Assembly (NCBI GenBank): GCA_048013815.1
Contig: CM106586.1
Coordinates: 18,662,001 to 18,726,000 of the forward strand
Length of the DNA stretch: 64,000 nucleotides
DNA from: Setoptus koraiensis
Lineage: Eukaryota > Animalia > Arthropoda
Direction: 5' to 3'
Positions 1 through 12,027 of this stretch are shown here, one piece after another. The translations under genes and the position numbers were made by a program. Below the pieces are notes generated by a model. The model was not told the DNA's origin. It was given only the letters and a program-made list of their open reading frames with translations, and ran no database searches. Position 1 is the first letter of the stretch. Every line of letters begins with the position of its first letter.

Positions 1-175
1 TAGTCTGGCCCGGCGTGTCGTGCCGTGTCGTCCCGTGTCGTGTCTTTCGTCAGTGTCTTTTGACAACCGACATCTCCATTGTCGCTCTCTCTCTCTCGCT
101 CTGGCCAAGCAGCGTAAGCCGGTTAGTTGGCTTCGTCGTTGGCGTCAATAGATGAGGCCTCCGGACTGTCGACCG

Positions 176-277
176 AAAACTTGCTTCGAATAAAACTTGG
201 CTCGAATAAAACTTGCCTCGAATAAAACTTGCTTCGAATGAAACTTGCTTCGAATGAAACTTGCTTCGAATGAAACT
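176..277. repeat. Tandem minisatellite, 16-bp unit (A/G)AAACTTGCTTCGAAT, ~6.4 copies
   Basis: Six full units read directly at 176, 192, 208, 224, 240 and 256, plus a partial unit. 1-2 substitutions per unit. Explains the repetitive spurious ORFs 50..322 and 123..389. Confidence 0.95.
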
Positions 278-1187
278 GTTCCAAATCCAGCCAATCACAT
301 CCACGCACGTCCACCGCCACAATCGTCGATGGAATCAATTGGTGAATTGAATCAATCAAAACTTGAGCCTCATTTCGTGCAAACGACACACAGTTGCTGC
401 AGTTGTTAGATCGGCGACATTTAAATCGCCTCGTGAGCCTGCATCAGATAATCTTTTGGGCAGCGCTTTGGCTTTTCGCTCCGTCTCTCGTGACCGTCGC
501 GATGTGAATGTATGAATATTCAATTATTGAATTTGTGATCACGCGACCGCCACTTTATCAGCTAACTATGCTCGCGAACAAACAACAGCGCTACGCATCA
601 TTGACTCTCAACTATTTTCACACTGACCAGTTTGTTGACCAAGTGCACTGTTGAATGTTTCGGCGCAACTGAGCGCATTATGCAACGCGTTATCATTCTG
701 ATCTCAACTATTGCGAGCTGGTCCGAACTATTGCGAGCCAGTTTGCGACGCCGAACACAAGTGGCCGCATCGAGAAACAACTGTCCAGTTCGGTGCGAAC
801 GCACGACTGGGTTGCATCAATAGAATCGCAAGTTGTCACTGGGAGGCACCGCTCCCAATGAGATATATCAACAGCAGCAGCAACAACAACAACAACAAAC
901 AAACAGACTGCTCCAAACAAGTGCAAGCGGCCAAAGTGACCCTTTAGTCACGGGTCACTGAACTGTGCCTGGCCATGATTTAGCCGGCGCGCAACAAGGC
1001 ATATTCATGAAAATCACATCATCGTATGTCGTTATGTGAGAATTGCAGTTAGTGTTGCATCATGTCAGAATTATGTTGGATCATGTCAGCATCATGTTAT
1101 ATCAGCACGCCAGAAAGAATTCTCTTCGGAAGGCTTGTCGTGTTGGTGCTCACCAGATTCATGCCGCTGTGCAGTAGTTGCCGGTTC

Positions 1188-1236
1188 GTTATGTGGTACC
1201 CAGAGTAGTTATGTGGTGCCCAGAGTAGTTATGTGG
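1188..1236. repeat. Tandem duplication, 20-bp unit GTTATGTGGT(A/G)CCCAGAGTA, 2.5 copies
   Basis: Units at 1188-1207 and 1208-1227, partial unit at 1228-1236. Confidence 0.9.
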
Positions 1237-1770
1237 AGGCGAAGAGCGACCATAGAAAGTGGCCGATTAAATTGCCTGGTGGCGCGCCAAATTCTTTATT
1301 TTCTCTCTCTCTCTCTCTTGGTGCGCTCTGACGGACAATTAACGAAACGACAAATTAGACTTGCATCACTAATATGAGCGGGCATTCGCATATTTGCCTT
1401 ATCTTTGTTCATAATCGAACAGCATCTAACAGCTATTTGCCATCACATGTTATCATTGTTGTTATTACCACTATTATCATCATCATCATCGTCATCATCA
1501 TGTGTGTCCACGTGAATTTGCGTGCCACATTTGACAGTGACAACATTTCAAATCTGAGTAGAAGCGCCAATTTGTGTTCGCCATTATGTAGAGAGCAGCC
1601 ATTTGATGGACAATGGTCAGCGGACACGACAGAGCGCGACATGTCACAGAGGCTAATATGCAAATTCGTTTTCCTGACAACATCATACCGAAAAAAGATG
1701 CGACTTGTTAGTTAAACTTTAGCGCCTCAAATGTTCCGGTCATTGGCGTTGTCGAGCGGTCGTTGGTACG

Positions 1771-1829
1771 ACCGTTTCCACTGGCCCATTCCATTGGTCA
1801 ATCGAATGGAATGGGCCAGTGGAAACGGT
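1771..1829. repeat. Perfect inverted repeat, 25-bp arms, 9-nt loop
   Basis: ACCGTTTCCACTGGCCCATTCCATT (1771-1795), loop GGTCAATCG, then AATGGAATGGGCCAGTGGAAACGGT (1805-1829), the exact reverse complement. Confidence 0.95.
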
Positions 1830-2796
1830 GCACAAACAAACAACTGAGAACAACGGACAAATGAGCAACGTCAGCGGTGACCAATGGGCTTGCGCCAACG
1901 AGAGCCAATCAAGAGGGACAACAATGACGATTGACAAGCCTCGTCGTTGGTGGCATTGATTATTCTGACACTGGCCGACTTGTGCCAATCTTGAACTGAT
2001 CGGCTTTGTTGTCATTGATTGGTCGTGATTAGTTGTCGCCTTTGTTTGTCAATCGGGCGCTTTCGAGGTGATTGACTTCGTGACCAACTGACACACACTT
2101 CTATTACACACACACACACACAGAGCCCGAGGTCGCTTCGAAAGACTTTCGACTTGACAACAAACACGAGCGTATGATCAATGATCGCATGACAAACAAT
2201 GACGATTCACCAACAAACACAACGAATTATGCAAATACCATCTAATTATGTGGCGCACTAGCGAACGACTAACCTGGCGAACAAAAGTAAACACCAGTCA
2301 CAACTAACAATGCAGCACTACTGCTAATGACAAAGCACCAAGCGGCCAATATTTCATTAGGCGAATAACGTTTTGTTTGTTTTCATTGGCGCTTAGGGCA
2401 ATAGCATGAACGAGAATTAAATATTTTGAATCGGACGGACGCCAGCAACTGACTGGTGACAGCGGCAGCAACTGTAACAAGTAAACAGCATTATCAGTAT
2501 AAACTATTGGAAAGTTTGCCCTAATTGGCGCCCAAAATGAATGGTGACCAAAGAGAAATAGGAAGATATATATTCATTGGAGGCTCCCCTGGGCACCAGC
2601 AGCAGCGCCGGCGCAGTATCATGCTAACTAGATTAAGCAGATTACATTGGAAATCGATGTAGTGCGATCATTAAATCTACCGGACAACTCACTTGCCTCA
2701 GACTACCGCATAAACAGGAGTTTGCGATAAACGGAAGTCAATTTATGGCCGGTTGGAAATAGTGAACTATCTGTCTGTTTTGTTTGCGTGCATCCC

Positions 2797-2838
2797 AACC
2801 GAAACTAGACTAAACCGAAACTAGATTAAACCGAAACT
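2797..2838. repeat. Tandem repeat, 16-bp unit AACCGAAACTAGA(C/T)TA, ~2.6 copies
   Basis: Units at 2797, 2813 and 2829 (partial). Confidence 0.9.
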
Positions 2839-5800
2839 GATCATAGAGGGCCGGTTGATGGCCGCTCCCCAATGATTAATAGAGCGCTCTATGTTTGGCC
2901 CACATTGCAGTTTACGTAGGTGCCAGTTATATTTATAGCTGAGCACATATAACTTATGGAGGCACGAGTGAACAGGGGCCTCAGTTGGCGAGTTGTGAAT
3001 TTATGGTATATCAGGCAAACTAAATGAGCGAGAGGAAACAAAGAGCGACAAAAGTCGGAGACAGTATGCAAAGTAGTATCATGAGAATAAAACCAACGAT
3101 GATTGATTATTCTTTTCTCTTTTCCGTTGATGCCCAACTCGCGATTTATCCGCTCTTTATTTTGTTGTCAATTTAGATCGTTACTCGATCATTCTATTGG
3201 TCGCTGTTTAATAGTTCCCATTTGCATTCTGCTGTTTATTTTGATTGTGTTAGCGATTCGTGAAAATATTGTCAATTCATTATTGTATATGTGCAAAGAA
3301 TTCTGTGTGACAACACGACAATTCATGCGACACTTCGACAATAACAACAACAACATTCATTGTGACGCAACCTGGGTGCCATTTTAGCACACCGACAACG
3401 ACACTCGAGGGTGCTCGTTCCAATTAGGAGCCCCGATTGATGATGCGGCCCGTCATCTCAAGCACGACCATTGTCGCTCTTATTGGAGCACAATGGTCGA
3501 GCAACAGGCAACCGGCGAAATGTTTGTCGCCTCGTAAACCCATTGATGGCTATCTGACACATTGGCGCATCCCATTTCGACAAATCGCGCTAACATTTTT
3601 TTGCCACACTTGAGATTTCGTTCGCGAGAAAATCTTTTTCTTTTTTTCTTTTGGGCCTCTCTCCAAACGGACCGATGGAAATTCCAACAGAAAAACACAT
3701 ACACGCTGCTCCTTTTGTCCGAACAGCCATGCAAACTTGGCTGGCTCATCATTGTCACCACCATTGTTAGCCGACAACGTTTTCTGTCATTCGCAAATAT
3801 AATTTTTCACGCAGTTTCGAGAAAAAAAAAAAAAATACAGGCAAGCAATTTCTTCTAGTGTGAGCGGCATGCATGCGCAAGAGCCAATGTGTTGCGTCGA
3901 CTAGGTTGGCAGCGAATAATATTTTCAATAATGCTCTCGCTGATTGCGCTGCAATTAGGCATTTCGACAAATAGTCAAGATCGTAATCTGTTCTCTTGCG
4001 CTTTGATTGATCATGCAAGCGTTCTAGTAGAAAAGAAAAGTCGATTTCAATGCAAGAACCGCATCTTTTCTACCTTAATTAAATTATCCAATCATCCTAT
4101 TACCTAATTATTGACCTGAGACTGGTGGATGGTTGCATGTTTCACGAATGCATTTTGAAATGTCGTAACGCTTTCAATGTTGCACAGCATCGATTTCTTG
4201 ATTTATTGTGTGTCGTGCGAGACGACACATTATTATTCAGACTATTTACAGATCTTATCTAATCTTGATCAATGTTGATTAGTCGGTTACGAGGAGTGCA
4301 AGTAACAGTATTTTGATATTGTTTCACTTATGGTAGACACAATATTATTACTTGCTATTACTTATCGCACAAATTAGCTGTCTGTATGTGCTATTGCCAC
4401 CCACCTTGACAGCCGGGCTGCATAGTATGCAATGCAATACCGCTACCCAGTCATGTGGGGACAGTGACACATACATGTGTATGAACAAGTGTGGAAACAA
4501 ATCGAAAATAACTAGATCATTATCATACTGGACTTGGCATATTATGTCAAATGACATTGGTCAGTTTGTGAGCCATTTTATTTTTCGCCGTTAGCTGTGT
4601 AGTCGCAATTTTTTCTGAAGCTGATGTGCCCTTGAAATGGGCACTTGCGAGTGTCGGTTCGACTGACCAGCTGGCTCAATAAGCCGGCGCAAAATGGCAA
4701 ACAGAAAAATGGATGACGCGATGAGACGAGATTCAACAAATTGAGTTACGAACGCGCCACTCAATTGGGGGCGTAGGTGTGCGAGTAGGAGCAAAGCAGA
4801 CAGGTGCCATTCTTTTCATTGTTACATAATAATAACAATAATAACAACAAATAGTACAAATATTATCAAATGGCCAAACTAGAGGCACCACTAATGATTG
4901 ACTTCGGCCAGAACGAGTTGTGGCTGCCGTGGTCGATGTCATAAGCCACACAGTTTGCGTAATCCATTTTCCTTTTCCTTTTCCTTTTTTTCCAGAACCA
5001 CACAAAGATCCGAACAGTGATGACCATATGACGACTGTACAATAAAAGGGCTTTCCAAGTGATGTCACAGATGTATGCCGCTGCACTTAGACGTATGGGA
5101 TGTACCCGAAATGTGAAGAGGCTGCAGAAATTAATGATCAAGATTAATTGTGTTCTTTCTGTTCTTTTTGCCCTCTGCATAACGTAGAAATTTCATCATA
5201 ATTAGCGACACATACACAAGTAATAGAAATTTATGATCATGTAATGGTCGTTGCACCGACACCGACACCGACACGGACACTTGCACCTGTACCTGTACTC
5301 AAAACACACAAACAAACCCAACGTCATAGTGCAAAACAACAAACAATTTCATTCGGACATTTGGCATTGTTGTTGCACTAGCCAATTTGTTGTTGCCAAC
5401 TTTGTTGTTAGATACAATGAAAACAACAATGCACGAAACACAACGAGATGCAATTTAATTTGCATAACAATCCAACGCCATGTTGTCACTTACATTGCAT
5501 AACTCGTGGGCGTGAGAAGCCAACGACAGCCAACGATCAGTAGTAATTTGGCTAAAGGCACGTGACCGTTGGGACGTTATTTTCGTCCCTTTGCGCGCTT
5601 TCAACGGTCAGTCATTTGACAATATCTGACAATAATTGACATTTTTGTCGTGAGCAGCTCGTGTATTTTTGTCGCAACACAAACGACAAATTGAACCAAA
5701 TCAGCATCGTCTTTTTCGCCGCCCTTATTCAGGGTTATTAACGATACGATACAGTACGATACGTATAGAGGTCGTTCGTAGGTTGTCGAAATTTTTTCGC

Positions 5801-6612
5801 CATCATTACTCGCGCAAACGATTCGATTTCGGCCGATCTGGCGTGTATTCTGTTGCGAACTGCTTTGTCATTTTTCCAAGATGAGCGTCTTTTCTGTGAA
5901 TTGCCATCCACACAGTTGCCATCCACAGTTCGACCCAATGGGCCCTGTGAGGAACAGTGGAAAATTGATTCCACCATAAGTGACCGAACATGAACATTTA
6001 ATTGTGTCATGCAACCCCACAAGCGAACGCATAAATGATGGCGAAACAATGACAATTCGACCGGCGGTCGCCCGGAATCAGCTGAGTGTCGGACGGTAGC
6101 CGAAATTCGACGTGTTCCAACAAACCCGACAATCTGCACCAAAAATCATGCTTTTCGAGGCCGCCTCAGCAACGAAAAGTACGAAACGGGTGCGTTCTTT
6201 TTCCGAATAGCATCGACAATCACTCATTGAATAGTTGTGTATGTGTGTAGCCTCATTCAGCACCTAGACACCATCACTATGATTATTCCTTGAGGGCAAT
6301 CGCTAGCGAGAAGCTGTCATTTTTGTGTGTTCGGCTGTGATCTCGGCGCAGTATATTGTGTTGGTTGCAGCAGGTGAATTTTACAGGGAATTGGCCATGC
6401 TGCTTGAGCAGTGGTTATGTTGAAATATGGTGCCGGCAGAAACGAGGTGGCATCTTTATCATTTATCCAGTTCAAGTGCAAATGTCATAGTTCATTAAGC
6501 ATCATCATTTCTATGCGCTTTGCCGGTTTTGGTGCGCTGTGCATGCGGCAGTGGGGCCCGCGGTGCGGCGCAACGTGCTGCAGAAGAAGATAAATTGATG
6601 ATAACGATCGAG

Positions 6613-6631
6613 GCGCGCGCGCGCGCGCGCG
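6613..6631. repeat. (GC)9 dinucleotide run, potential Z-DNA
   Basis: GCGCGCGCGCGCGCGCGCG read directly. Confidence 0.9.
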
Positions 6632-7209
6632 AAAAATTGACAGCCGAAAAAGTCGGCCAAGCTATTTATGGTCAATGGGTAGACGATTTAACTGGATTTG
6701 CTGTGCAATGTTGGGCCTATTTTTTGGGGCGCCGTTCGTGACGCTACTTGCCGTGTGCCTATGACGGAACGCGGGCATTGGCGTCGCTGCATGGGCATTT
6801 GTCGGGAGGGTAGGCCCCGGGCGGGCTGGGCGCCGTGCTGTGACTTGCTACGAGATGTAATTATTATTATCATCATGTTGGCAAATGTCATCTTTCCCAT
6901 TAGCTGCCAATTTGCTACTGCTACTCGTGCCATTGCAAATGTCTATGTTGCGCTGCCTCTATCAAGCCAATCTAACAGCATCTTCTCTGAATTGGCTTGC
7001 GCGTCATGCCAGACAAGTGACCAAACCGGTATTGATATCAATAGAAAATAGCAGTAATTGGCAGTGGTTGTTGTTCTCTTCACGCAATATAATATAATAT
7101 ATATAACCGTTATATACACTTTCTCGCAACTGATGCGGCCACTAGCGGCCATTCCTCGTAACTCGCTCACTTGGATCGGGCGGACTGGCAGGCAGACACG
7201 AAATTCAAT

Positions 7210-7211
<2 letters not shown>

Positions 7212-7241
<30 letters not shown>
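7212..7241. repeat. (AT)15 microsatellite
   Basis: Read directly. Source of the YIYIYI spurious ORFs. Confidence 0.95.
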
Positions 7242-7243
<2 letters not shown>

Positions 7244-8984
7244 ATGGATGGATAAAGAGCAGTGCGGCGGCAACGGTTGTTGTTGTTATGGTTGTTGAGG
7301 GAGTTAAATCCTCTCCGACGATTCCTAATCTAAATCTAATTATCTGCCTTCTCGCTGCATCTCGAGCCCGCTGCCGCCGATGCCCGCTCAACTGCGTGCG
7401 GATCGATTCCAATCGATTCGGTCGGGTTTGGCCGACGTCGGCTTGGCCTGACGAGCGGCCAATTATACTTATTATATACCTTTAGCCTCTCATAGTAATA
7501 GTAATATATAAATAATAATAGTGTCCGTTGGTTGGATTGGTCGAGTCGCGCCATTCTTGTAGTTGCCTCCAGCCGCCAGCCGCCAGTCGCCAGCCGCCAG
7601 AGTGTGGGGCCAGCACCAGCGTCGCGATTGAGCAGCTCGTGTAGTGTGGGTCCTGGCGAGGGCGATAGTGTCACAATTTTAGTGAGGTCACTCAGGGATT
7701 TGGCGCCAGGCGCCCGAAATGGGATCGGTGTGAGTGGACGGGATTAATCAAACTCCATTATGACATCATTGTCGTCAGCGGATCATATAAACAACGACAA
7801 CGAAAACCGACGACCGACTAAGCAACCAATAAGTCAGCGTGTCGGCTAATCTTACTTTGGGCCGCCTACAACAACTGTTAGAACTCGTATACAACAACCA
7901 CCACGATGGTATTAATAATGGCGCAACTGTTGTCGTAACGGCCGCAACCATTTTCTGTCTGGACTATGGTATCATCGTTCATTGCATTGACATTATCCTC
8001 CCTCACTACGGCTACTATAGCGAGTAGGTGGATTTATCAGAAGATCTCTCGAAAACTAACCGAGATGCAACCATGGGAACTCAGTTCATCATGGCTGATA
8101 TTGTGTGTCACTGACAGATTCCGGCCGCTGGCAAACCTGAGCCGCTGTGAGACAAAATTCAACAGAACTCCCAAACCAATTATCTCCTCAGTTGTGGCTA
8201 GTAGTGATTTCAATTAGATCGGCGCACGTACACACGCAATAGATTGAAATCGATTGAAATTGATTAGATCAAAACCCAATTGATATGTGCACATTTTATG
8301 TAGTTGGTTTGGCTCTATTGTCAGTTTTCGCAGTTTGACATCAACTGATCTAATTTAATTTACAATTGAACACGGCCGACGTTACGAGCCGCCTACCGGC
8401 ACTTTGTGGCCATTAAACATTGTACACACACAATAAGTGGCGCACCTCACAAATGTAGCGTCAATCTTTGATAATTGGACACACGTAAAATGCTTACATA
8501 ATACACATGTGATATATGGTACACTTGTGGCATACATAAAACGGATAACTGGATGACACGCACAAACCGCGTAGCGTGCTCGCTTCGAAATGGGATCGAA
8601 CAACAATCAAGAACAAAGAAGCGACGACTATATAGGATAATCAGGCAATCATAAGTAGTAGAATGTCAAGAACTAAAAATAGCCAATCAAAAGTCTGAGA
8701 ATACTATGCAAGAGTGCACTCAATTCAATCAAATGTACCAATAGCTATGCCACAATAAATGTGTTGCAAGGGCGCGCTAATTTCCAATTGAATTGCTAGC
8801 TAGAGAGCAAAATTTTCACTTGAGGAGAAACAAACGCATTCGACAACAAATGCAAATGCTTCGCTCGCAAGCGCTTTTTGCCCGCCAACCAACCAACTAA
8901 TGGCGCCCATAAACATGCCCCCAGATAAAAACAAAACAATGCCAATAATACAAAAGGAAAATCGTTTGATTTTGCTGATGCAAC

Positions 8985-9075
8985 CAGAGTGTGTCTCAGC
9001 AATGAGAGTGTGTCTCAGCAATGAGAGTGTGTCTCAGCACTGAGAGTGTGTCTCAACAATGAGAATGTGTCTCAG
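8985..9075. repeat. Tandem minisatellite, 19-bp unit GAGAGTGTGTCTCAGCAAT, ~5 copies, internally self-complementary
   Basis: Units at 8985, 9004, 9023, 9042 and 9061. TGAGA and TCTCA are reverse complements flanking GTGTG. Confidence 0.95.
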
Positions 9076-12027
9076 ACGCCCCGCATTGGCATGGCAATGG
9101 GCCGACAATACAATTATTGTTGTGCTCACTACCTGGTGAGTCTTTTTAAATTGGGGGCCGCCTATTTTGTTTATTGTGCTCTCTGTGTGCTCTAGGCCAA
9201 CGGCAACAACAACCCAGATATAAAAGAAAAGACAAAAGAAGCCCGAAAAATAGAAGCGAATCCAAAGAGAGAGAGAGCGAGTCCAAAAATAGACAAAACA
9301 CCAAGACAATCATTTCTGATCTGAGCCGAATCTGTTCAGAAATATGCACTTGATTTGCTGTTGACTATCACCATGCCGTATAAACGGGTGCTTCGTGTGA
9401 GATCTTCAATAGTTTGACTGGCATCACTGCACCATGGTTCGAGTATCAGAATAGAGCAGTATACCAGACAGACCAAAACAGCAACAAAATGTGATTTGTT
9501 TGACAATGAGCCATCGCTTATCGCCAGTATCAGGTATATTTACCAGCGAAACGGATATTTTTGAATCGCTCCATGCTCGTCCAAAAATAAACAACCTCGA
9601 AGGGCGCTCAATGCTCGAGATGGGCACTTCAATGGATCAATGAGGCTTACATCTGATTCTGTTGCCATTCTTTATTCCAACGACAAACTTTGTCATGGTC
9701 TACGTTGAGTCTCAGAGATGGTCTGTTTGTTGGATCAATGTTCGGCGGATCATACTCTCATCAAACGCGTATCAGTATGCAATGGCTTTTTCTACCCATC
9801 TCATTCTGTAACTATCCTCATCATTCGACAGCCCTCACTGGCACAATTTGACGCTATAGACTGCAAGAGACATAGCCGCCAATGTGGCTAGATAATGTCA
9901 AAGATGTTATTATGTTTATGAAAAAAAAAAATACTCTGTTCTGGGTGCTCCGAAACAGGAGGACCGCAAACGTCACTGCTATCTTGTAAGATCATTTGTT
10001 TGTCAAAAGTCTATCACTGCACAAACGATCATTAAGAGATAAGACACTCCAATTAGTTGGTTGTCAGTGACTATCGGGTCGGCAAGACAAATCATCATTT
10101 GACAACAGCATTAGGACGAGAAGCAGTTGATAATTAGCCCCCTACGATATTTCTCAAGTCTTATCAGCCTAAAATAAATATAATCGACAGTGATAAGAGA
10201 ATGGTAGTAAGATGTCAGCTCATGCTGGACTGTTATCGCTGGAATATGCTTTTCTGTGTTGTTGTCAGTCAGCAGAAAAATTGTCGCCAGGTGAAAATAT
10301 TATTTCATTCGCTAGATAGCTCCAAATTTCCCCCTGTCGGTACAAAATTGAATTATTTCGAGCTCATCCTTTAGTGGGCAGTTTGTCCGTTTTAATGGGT
10401 CTATGTCCTGTTCCGCTGTTTGCAATATTAAATAATGATTCTAACGAAGATTGAAAAGCATCAGCATACGCCTAATTGATATGACGAGTGAATAGACGGC
10501 GCTATGTAGAGAGAGCTTTCTGTCTATACTCTCGTTGCTGTCTCTGTCTCTATCCGTTCGCATAAATATTTAATGATGATCGACATGTGTGTGTATATAG
10601 ACAACAACAATGGCAACCACAACAAGACACACCCAACATTCACAGACACACGCACAAGCACACGCACAAGCACACACACACACACACACACGCAGTATAA
10701 ATTGTAGCAAGTCAACGTTGGCAAGCTCTTGTTGGCAAGCTAACAAAGGCTCTTACAAAAGATAAAACTCTGGCTTCGTGTGTGTGTGTGTGTACATCTG
10801 CCGACCTCTTGTTCTTGTTGTAGCAGCATATACATACACGACTGTACACAACTAGGGATACATACCAGCAAACGCATACTAGTAGTATATCACCAATTAA
10901 TTGTATTACTGTTATCTTGAAATTGTTAGTGTAAATGTAAATATTCATATCAACAGTGATCACTCGGAATGGAATATCTAGGATAATTAGTAATTGAATA
11001 CGAAATTATCTTATCGTTACATACTATTGTACTATTCGGCAAGACACGTAGGATGCTAGAGACAATCGCTTTACCATGAGATAATTACTGTTTGAAATAG
11101 TCGCTATACGCCGCCACTATATCTCGGCGTCCAACTAAAATAGAACACACACACACACAAAATAAGATAATTACTTGGCTCAACTATATTTTATTGGTCT
11201 CTTCCACCATTGGATTCGACGACACTCAACAACGAGCATGCCTTACATTTTTATTATTATTTCACAATAACGTCTACTCTCTGTTTTAACCATACACAGG
11301 TAACCATAAATTGTAGGTCATAAGCGGTCATGACAGTGACGTACAAATCAATGTCAGCCAAAAACAATGTCATCATCTAGATTGATCTTCAAGCTCAAGC
11401 AATCCTTGTGAGCGTATCATTTTCTCTCTGGATTCGGATCACTGACTGCAACAAACACAGCAAAAAATTTTTAGAATTAAAACATTACTTGGACGTTATC
11501 ACTTTGGAAAATTTTGTAGCTATTAACCACAGACAAGAAGTAAACTAGTCTATTAGATGAGCCATATTATTAAAATACTCGTGCATGTAGCACCTAATAA
11601 ATCTTTTATCAGGAACATCCATCTTTATTTGTATCAATTTGACCAATATCAGTATCATCAGAGCTGTGTCATTAGCAACATTTGTCAGCAACGCAATCTG
11701 GTCAAGTCGATACTATTACTAGGCTGCCTGTTTATTAATCGCTTAGAATTATTTCTAATTAACCTTGCCGTTAATTTTAGTCAACAATTACAAAAGGAAA
11801 AAAAATTCCCCAAGATTTATCATCTTAGAAGAATTATCACAACATTGCAGCAACTTGCAGTATTCGGATTATTGACCTTTATTCTTTGGATAATAACAAG
11901 ATCAATTTTCTTTCTGCTAGGGACAAGCAACAGTGATTTCAGCGTTAAATACATTGAAATAACCGACGATTATAACAGTAACAAAAATAATCTTGAGATA
12001 GAAACACCAATAGAAAAGAAGGAAAAA

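Noticed and set aside
176-277. Repeat arrays (also 8985-9075) as CRISPR arrays
   Set aside because: Units are head-to-tail with no unique spacers, there are no cas genes, and the context is eukaryotic with spliceosomal introns.
176-277. TTCGAA/GAA motifs as heat-shock elements
   Set aside because: Spacing does not fit alternating nGAAn pentamers (GAAnnTTC / TTCnnGAA).
598-9627. Many 60-134 aa ORFs in the first 10 kb
   Set aside because: They overlap on both strands, many use non-ATG starts or are built from microsatellites, and none carries a recognisable motif.
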